This document shows positions 26,657-32,000 of a stretch of 32,000 bases of DNA, in pieces. The notes under the pieces are model-generated. The model had not been told where the DNA came from. It did not search any database and saw nothing but the letters and a program-made list of their open reading frames with translations. Both the position numbers and the translations under genes were made by a program. Each line of letters begins with the position of its first letter. Positions within the stretch are counted from its first letter, which is position 1. Source of the DNA: Candidatus Heimdallarchaeota archaeon (GTDB lineage: Archaea; Asgardarchaeota; Heimdallarchaeia; Heimdallarchaeales; Kariarchaeaceae); NCBI GenBank assembly GCA_030149205.1, contig JASBSB010000007.1, forward strand, positions 90,001 to 122,000, written 5' to 3'.

Positions 26657-27670
26657 AATATAATAGCCAAATGATCCTTGGATTAACTCTGGGTCAGATT
26701 TAGTGACCACTCCAAGAACCAATCTAGCGATGTCTTTCACCTGAGCCTCTTTCAGAACAAAATAACTCCAAATTGCGTCAGGTGTGTTGCTCTTTATGTT
26801 GAAAATTACTCTGTTACGTTTGTTATAAGCAACTTCTAACATATGTTCTAGTGTTGGAACTAGTGTCTCATCTGGTGCATCCAAAGCAGGTCTCAATTCC
26901 TTTGCGAAGGCAAGCCTACTTAATGACCATATAATTATGTCTCTTGCAGAATTCATCTGCTTTATTCTGTCTACGTTTTTTGCTATGACACCATATTTTG
27001 AAATAATCCACTTTTCTGGATCGATATTTAGAGACTTTGCTCTAATAATGGTTAACATGTTTTGATAATCTATCATAGTTTTTACTGTGGGGATTATCTT
27101 GACAGAATATTCATAAACTGCATGTTCAAGACTTGTGGTTAATTGGAAGAGTTCTTCCTCAAACTCACCCTTGTATGAAAGTGCAGATTTTATTGCCTTT
27201 CTAAGCTGCCTTTGGGTTATTAAATCAGCTGCTAGGAGAGGATTGGGGGTAAACAACATCCTTTCATAATGTTTCACCCCATATTTGCTCACTGGAACAA
27301 TGTAATTTAGAATATCACTATCCACTTCGTTGGAAATAATAGATCTAAATATCAATTTCAGGTTTTCGCTCTCTACTTTTAATATAACCGCATCAAGAAT
27401 TTCTCCGATTCTTTGTGAGGCACCTGTTCTAAAGCTCAACAACCTATCAGCGAAAGTTTTTCTAAGTTCCCTCTCAAATTTGAGAATATCAACAGAAGGA
27501 CGAGCCTGACTTACAACTTCCGCATAGCTCGTGTTGCTTAAGTAATTTTCCAACTCAAAGATGTCCGAAACACTCGTTAAGCTTTTAATTAACCCAAGCT
27601 TGGGAGATTTTCCCATATCAGATTTTGCCCGAGCTATTAGGTAGGGGAGGGTTGCTGTCATAGAATTCAC
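26654..27670 (-). CDS. atpC: A/V-type ATPase subunit C (V0 d homolog)
   Basis: YLIARAKS, LSNTSY, ESENLKLIFR, YFVLKEAQVKDI; the GTG overlaps the subunit I TGA. Confidence 0.85.
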   Translation of the reverse strand: MNSMTATLPYLIARAKSDMGKSPKLGLIKSLTSVSDIFELENYLSNTSYAEVVSQARPSVDILKFERELRKTFADRLLSFRTGASQRIGEILDAVILKVESENLKLIFRSIISNEVDSDILNYIVPVSKYGVKHYERMLFTPNPLLAADLITQRQLRKAIKSALSYKGEFEEELFQLTTSLEHAVYEYSVKIIPTVKTMIDYQNMLTIIRAKSLNIDPEKWIISKYGVIAKNVDRIKQMNSARDIIIWSLSRLAFAKELRPALDAPDETLVPTLEHMLEVAYNKRNRVIFNIKSNTPDAIWSYFVLKEAQVKDIARLVLGVVTKSDPELIQGSFGYYI

Positions 27671-29826
27671 TCCTCAACTGTGTAAAGTCGCTTTACAGAG
27701 TAAGGTGAAAAAGGAACACCGTTTCCACTGTAAAATTTCCCGTAGAACTCAACCCATGTTAACCTAAGAGCTTGTAAACTGCTAAACACTGTTTCTACAG
27801 GGACAACGATGATTGTACCAATAATCAAACCTACAATCCACCATGTTAGACTACCACTTCCAACCACATTTTGTCCCCATTCCCCAACATAGTGATTTAC
27901 TGTGTGACTTTGAAGAAACAGATCTAAAAATATGTATGGAAGAATCCTTAAAACAAAGTGAACTGTATTCATTGCAAGCAACCGGCTAAAACTAAGTGTG
28001 TTACTCAGTAAGCCTATAAAATGCTCAACCCCTTGCATTGCTCCATCAAAACCGTGAGCTTTCGCTTCAAAATAGATTAAGAAGAACAGTGCGAGTCCTA
28101 CAACGGCCATGAAGAAATATTGAACAAAAGAACTGGTAAAGAAGATTAAACCTGCCCCTAAGAACAGAGTGATCTGTGCAATCGGTGCATAATACTCATA
28201 TTTTGAATGACCATACTTCCTTTTCTGATAAACTTTGATGACCAAACCTAGCAGAATTGTAATCGCAGCCATAACTATTGATAAAATGAGAATATTAACA
28301 TAGTTTCGAGAGACCTCTTCTGCTCCATGTGCGGGGACTATAGAATACAACCATCTCCAGCCACCACCAAATATCTGAGGTAAAACAGGTACACTCCATA
28401 ATATAGTTTCATCTCCACCAAACGAACCGAAGACAAGCCCCATAAAGGCGGAAACCAGACCCATCCAAACCAACAGCTCAGCACCACCGTAAAGATAAGC
28501 TGAAAATCCTTCTGTTGGTATAACGTCTTTCTTCCTCTTCTTTCTTACAAAAATGTAACCGATTAGAGCAAGAACTAAACCATCAACGACATCAGCGAAC
28601 ATTATCCCAAAAAATACTGGGAATAGAATGGCAACCAATGGGAAGGGGTCAATTTCCTCATGACTTGGGTGGCCAAAGGAGCTAACAAGTCCTCTGACTG
28701 GAGGTAAATATTTTTTATCTCTTGTTAAGCTTGGGACATATTTCTTATCAAAAGCTGCCTCTTTATATTCCACTATTGCGGAACCTTTGCTTACTTCATC
28801 AACCTTGGTGGTAAACGAATTTACATTTTCTGGAGGGATCCAACCCCAAACAACGATATTTGTCTTTGTTCTCTTCATCTTGTTTTCTAAGGCAATTCGT
28901 TGAGTTTCGATATCACAGGCTTCTAGTGCAGATAAGAACAAGTTCAGGTTTGAATCCCCGAAGCTTTTAATTTCGTCTAAAATAACTTCAAGCTTGTTCT
29001 CTAATATAGAAATTTCAGATTCAAAACTTTTTGCATCCAATGTTTGAGTTAATTCAATATTTTCAGGAATTTTGAAAGGTTGATAATTAAACTCCTTTAA
29101 CTTTAATTCTACTACCTCTTCATCAGATGCTAAACAAATTAATATGAAGAAAACTTCTCCTGTTTTTTTGTCTTCATCAGAATACCTTAACACAAAAGCT
29201 CCATCAGTTAGGTCAATCATAATTGAATTCAAAGTTTTTATCTGTTCACCAAATACTGAGCCTATGAAGACCTTTGTATAATTTGATTGAACCTTTGAGG
29301 TTAGGGTTGAAACTGTCTCAGAATCACTTTCCAAACCAACTGCTTCAATCTTTTGTAGTAGGCTTAGAACTGTCCTTAAATCGCTTAACTCCTTTTGAAT
29401 TTCAGTCTCTTGTTTAAACAGTGATTCAACCTCGGTGCCTTTCTCATCCTTAACTTTATTTGCGAATTTTTGAACCTCAAGCTCTATGCTAGGAACGGTT
29501 AATTTTTGACGTGGTGGGTCATCTTTTAAATACGTTCGTAGCTTTGTAACAATTACTTGAAAGTCACTTTTTAATGATTCAAATGTATTTCTTCTGTTTT
29601 CAAGTTCAAGTTGATCCACACCGGGTCTTGGATCGATTTCGATTGGTTCAATGTAACCGACCTTTTCAATCTCTCTAACGATATTTCGCTTGTATTCCAT
29701 TGGTGCAATAATTTTCACGAGTCCAGGATAATCAGGAAATCCCCAATCTTTTTTTGCTCTTTGGGTAACTACCCCCTTATCCATGGATTCAGCCTTATTT
29801 ACACTAGTTGTAGCTAGGTTGGACAT
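27667..29826 (-). CDS. atpI: A/V-type ATPase subunit I (a)
   Basis: EIDPFP, FFGIMFADVVDG, NTLSFSRLLAM (essential Arg), LRLTWVEFYGKFYSGNGVPFSP. Confidence 0.95.
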   Translation of the reverse strand: MSNLATTSVNKAESMDKGVVTQRAKKDWGFPDYPGLVKIIAPMEYKRNIVREIEKVGYIEPIEIDPRPGVDQLELENRRNTFESLKSDFQVIVTKLRTYLKDDPPRQKLTVPSIELEVQKFANKVKDEKGTEVESLFKQETEIQKELSDLRTVLSLLQKIEAVGLESDSETVSTLTSKVQSNYTKVFIGSVFGEQIKTLNSIMIDLTDGAFVLRYSDEDKKTGEVFFILICLASDEEVVELKLKEFNYQPFKIPENIELTQTLDAKSFESEISILENKLEVILDEIKSFGDSNLNLFLSALEACDIETQRIALENKMKRTKTNIVVWGWIPPENVNSFTTKVDEVSKGSAIVEYKEAAFDKKYVPSLTRDKKYLPPVRGLVSSFGHPSHEEIDPFPLVAILFPVFFGIMFADVVDGLVLALIGYIFVRKKRKKDVIPTEGFSAYLYGGAELLVWMGLVSAFMGLVFGSFGGDETILWSVPVLPQIFGGGWRWLYSIVPAHGAEEVSRNYVNILILSIVMAAITILLGLVIKVYQKRKYGHSKYEYYAPIAQITLFLGAGLIFFTSSFVQYFFMAVVGLALFFLIYFEAKAHGFDGAMQGVEHFIGLLSNTLSFSRLLAMNTVHFVLRILPYIFLDLFLQSHTVNHYVGEWGQNVVGSGSLTWWIVGLIIGTIIVVPVETVFSSLQALRLTWVEFYGKFYSGNGVPFSPYSVKRLYTVEE

Positions 29827-30034
29827 TAAGTATCTAAGTCTACGTTGATGATTGATTTTTAGAGATTACGACATAGTACTGAAAACATCGGATTAATTTG
29901 TGATATATTACTAATATTTATGACAAATAGGAAAACATGGATTTTGCAAAGGAAACGTTAATTTATATCAGTAAATATTTTTTGAAAATAATAAATTGTT
30001 TAATTTGAAAGAGGAGATAACTGGCATAAGTGAC

Positions 30035-31543
30035 TCATATAACTATGGTTTTATCAGAATATTTCTTTTCAACGGTAAATACATGTTTATCCTCATGGAC
30101 TGGCGACCAAACCTGTGCAAAGAAGGGACTGTGTTTGGCATAATCCGCAAAATCCCACATTGTTCTTTCACATTCGTCACACCAGTGTCCTCCTTTGAGT
30201 ATAAGATTTGGAGTCGCTGTAAATTCATGTCCTTTATGACATTTCCAAATGAGGGGAGTAAAGAGGTCTCCAATTCTCATTTTTTCAGAAACACAGTAAC
30301 CTCCTCGAAATTTTGCTGCTGCTTGTACATCGCCAAGTGTTAGTTCGTTTATTGGTTTAGATTCATCATACCCATGATCAAGGAAGGTCATATCTTTACT
30401 GGGCAGATATAGTTTATAACCCTCCTTCCAAGATTTAATATTATTGTAGTCGTTAAGTGACCCAAAGAAAGTGTTAACCCAATCTTCGGCATTATTATCA
30501 AGCATCCATTTAACCCCTCCATGCATTTTGTTCATTTCTTCATATCTCTTTTTCAACTTATTTTCAATTGAAAATAATTTTGGTAAAAAGGGAAAAACTC
30601 CAAAAATCCTTGTCCAACTCCTTTTTGAATTAAAATATACATCGGGATTTAGAAATCGAAAATTCACGATGTTATTTAAATTATCAGAATCTGTGAACCA
30701 CTGCCCATGAAAATTATAAAGAGCGAAGTCTTTTGGAGAAAATATTTTACGAATATCAAGCCCTAATGGATCTAAGTTTAATTTTAATAGTTCCCAGTAT
30801 GTAAACCTCCACTGGTCCCCACCACCCACGTTATATGCTTTTCTCCAAAATGTTTCAGGAATCCAATCTTCACATATATTTGCCATAAGTACCCCGGATT
30901 CTTCAGCTGTGATCCATTCTAGGACATTATTTAAATTCTGATGAAAAATAGCCACATTTGACTCAGTTGTTACCGGAAACATTCCAGTCTGTCTGATACT
31001 TACCCATTTTTTAAGTCCAGATTCAAATACAGCTCTTTCAGCTGCAATTTTAGAGGTACCATAATAATCAAAAACAGAGCTGTGGATCGGGTCTCCCACT
31101 CTACCCCAGTGTATTGGAGCTCGTCTACACCCTGTCTCACCCACAGTTCCAATATAAACCAATGCAATTTCATTAGAATTTGAATTTTTTCGAATAGCAT
31201 CTATAATACTTAAGGTAGAACCATAGTTTACCATGAGAGTCTCTTCAGGATATTGATCTGCCATTGGGGAAACCATTGCCCCGATATGTAACACATAATC
31301 GACACCTTGGACACATTGTTCAATTAAATCTGCATCTTTTAAATTTCCATAAAAAATTTCAATATTTTTATTCCGTGTGAATGGTGATATTAACTTTCTA
31401 TCTTTTTTCGAGTCGAGTACCAGAAGTCTAAGTCTAAAACGGTCTTGTCGTTTCATAAATTCCTTAAGGGTTGCCATCCCCATTGTGCCAGTTGCACCGG
31501 TAATGAACACAGTTTTCTTCCTATTCACAACATTCACCAACAT
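30035..31543 (-). CDS. Extended SDR (NAD-dependent epimerase/dehydratase) with C-terminal Zn-finger-like module
   Basis: ITGATGTMG, YGTSK, C-terminal WKCHKGHEF...HWCDEC. Start likely the ATG at 31543 or GTG at 31528 rather than 31576. Confidence 0.85.
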   Translation of the reverse strand: MLVNVVNRKKTVFITGATGTMGMATLKEFMKRQDRFRLRLLVLDSKKDRKLISPFTRNKNIEIFYGNLKDADLIEQCVQGVDYVLHIGAMVSPMADQYPEETLMVNYGSTLSIIDAIRKNSNSNEIALVYIGTVGETGCRRAPIHWGRVGDPIHSSVFDYYGTSKIAAERAVFESGLKKWVSIRQTGMFPVTTESNVAIFHQNLNNVLEWITAEESGVLMANICEDWIPETFWRKAYNVGGGDQWRFTYWELLKLNLDPLGLDIRKIFSPKDFALYNFHGQWFTDSDNLNNIVNFRFLNPDVYFNSKRSWTRIFGVFPFLPKLFSIENKLKKRYEEMNKMHGGVKWMLDNNAEDWVNTFFGSLNDYNNIKSWKEGYKLYLPSKDMTFLDHGYDESKPINELTLGDVQAAAKFRGGYCVSEKMRIGDLFTPLIWKCHKGHEFTATPNLILKGGHWCDECERTMWDFADYAKHSPFFAQVWSPVHEDKHVFTVEKKYSDKTIVI

Positions 31544-31899
31544 CCACACCAAAAAATTAGAGAAGTGAATAATCAACCAAGAAACAATGTTTAAGGAACA
31601 GTTGAGTCTCTCCTATTAAATTCAATCTATGTTTATCCACACATAATTTTATTTTAAATAAAAAAAAAGATTTTCGTATTTTTCTATGAAAGAGTGTGAT
31701 TTTAGTATATTTATTAATTGTAATGAGATTCTTCTTACAAAATTGAATTTTTTATGATTTAAGCAGAAATTAAAAACCATGTCGAACTTCCCTATGTAGA
31801 CCAGTAAGTCTGTTATTATGTTTAATTTTTGTAAATCAGTTCAATATTTGAAATATTTGAGAAAAGACAAGGTTTTATTCTATCAGGGAAATCAAAATT

Positions 31900-32000
31900 A
31901 TGCTTATTGTCAAAAATAAGAGGCTGGGGTTTTCATCAGCTCACATTACTCTTGAAGATGGAGATTGGCGATTACACGGTCATAATTTCGAGGTCGAAGT
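31900..32000 (+). CDS. PTPS/QueD (COG0720) family protein, 5' fragment (not in ORF track)
   Basis: Manual translation MLIVKNKRLGFSSAHITLEDGDWRLHGHNFEVEV: FSSAH and LHGHN Zn-binding His motifs. Confidence 0.8.
   Translation, partial: MLIVKNKRLGFSSAHITLEDGDWRLHGHNFEVE

Noticed and set aside
2988-31568. Short ORFs in the track that overlap long genes (e.g. 2988-3275, 4362-4679, 5170-5652, 7161-9131, 10298-10570, 11979-12740, 16586-18922, 21274-24284, 24540-24848, 29611-31568)
   Set aside because: Antisense or off-frame shadows of genes with clear family motifs; no independent motifs or SD support.
1-32000. tRNA/rRNA genes, IS elements, integrases and inteins
   Set aside because: No cloverleaf with a TTCRA T-loop in intergenic DNA, no rRNA-like stretch, no transposase/integrase motifs; NrdJ has no intein-sized insertion.
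1-32000. Restriction-site avoidance (CCWWGG, GGCC) as evidence for R-M specificity
   Set aside because: Multiple sites are present by eye; a proper observed/expected count could not be run.

Overview
Archaeal genomic window with no rRNA, tRNA, CRISPR array or transposase detected. Archaeal markers are the A/V-type ATPase I/C/K genes, TrmI, split MetE, an HTH-CBS regulator, thiolase-DUF35 genes and GGTGA-type Shine-Dalgarno sites. The mix with bacterial-type MetK/NrdJ and a C-terminally anchored surface protein suggests an Asgard (Heimdallarchaeia-like) host, but that is inference. Left end (1-6.7 kb): AT-rich restriction-modification genes (a C5 MTase missing from the ORF track, a CfrBI-like endonuclease with an altered active-site motif, a small acidic ORF and an N4C MTase), interrupted by a sarcosine oxidase and an SDR. 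Then class II RNR nrdJ, a structured intergenic region, a surface CBM48-esterase, a 13-nt tandem repeat, a MIG-type T:G glycosylase, a NikR/CDF divergon, DsrE and a DUF1801 fusion. Best candidates for undescribed systems: (1) an HTH-CBS regulator divergent from a split-metE/metF/metK operon, with a perfect ATATTCC-N4-GGAATAT palindrome between them; (2) a four-gene operon of two thiolase-fold proteins lacking the catalytic Cys/His plus two DUF35 proteins, behind a perfect 8-2-8 palindrome; (3) a membrane-sector-only ATPase operon (I-C-K) with a 2-TM orphan, three stacked hairpins before K, and apparent coupling to trmI. A partial PTPS/QueD-family gene lacking the usual Cys starts at the right edge. 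All family assignments come from motif recognition by eye; no database search was run.
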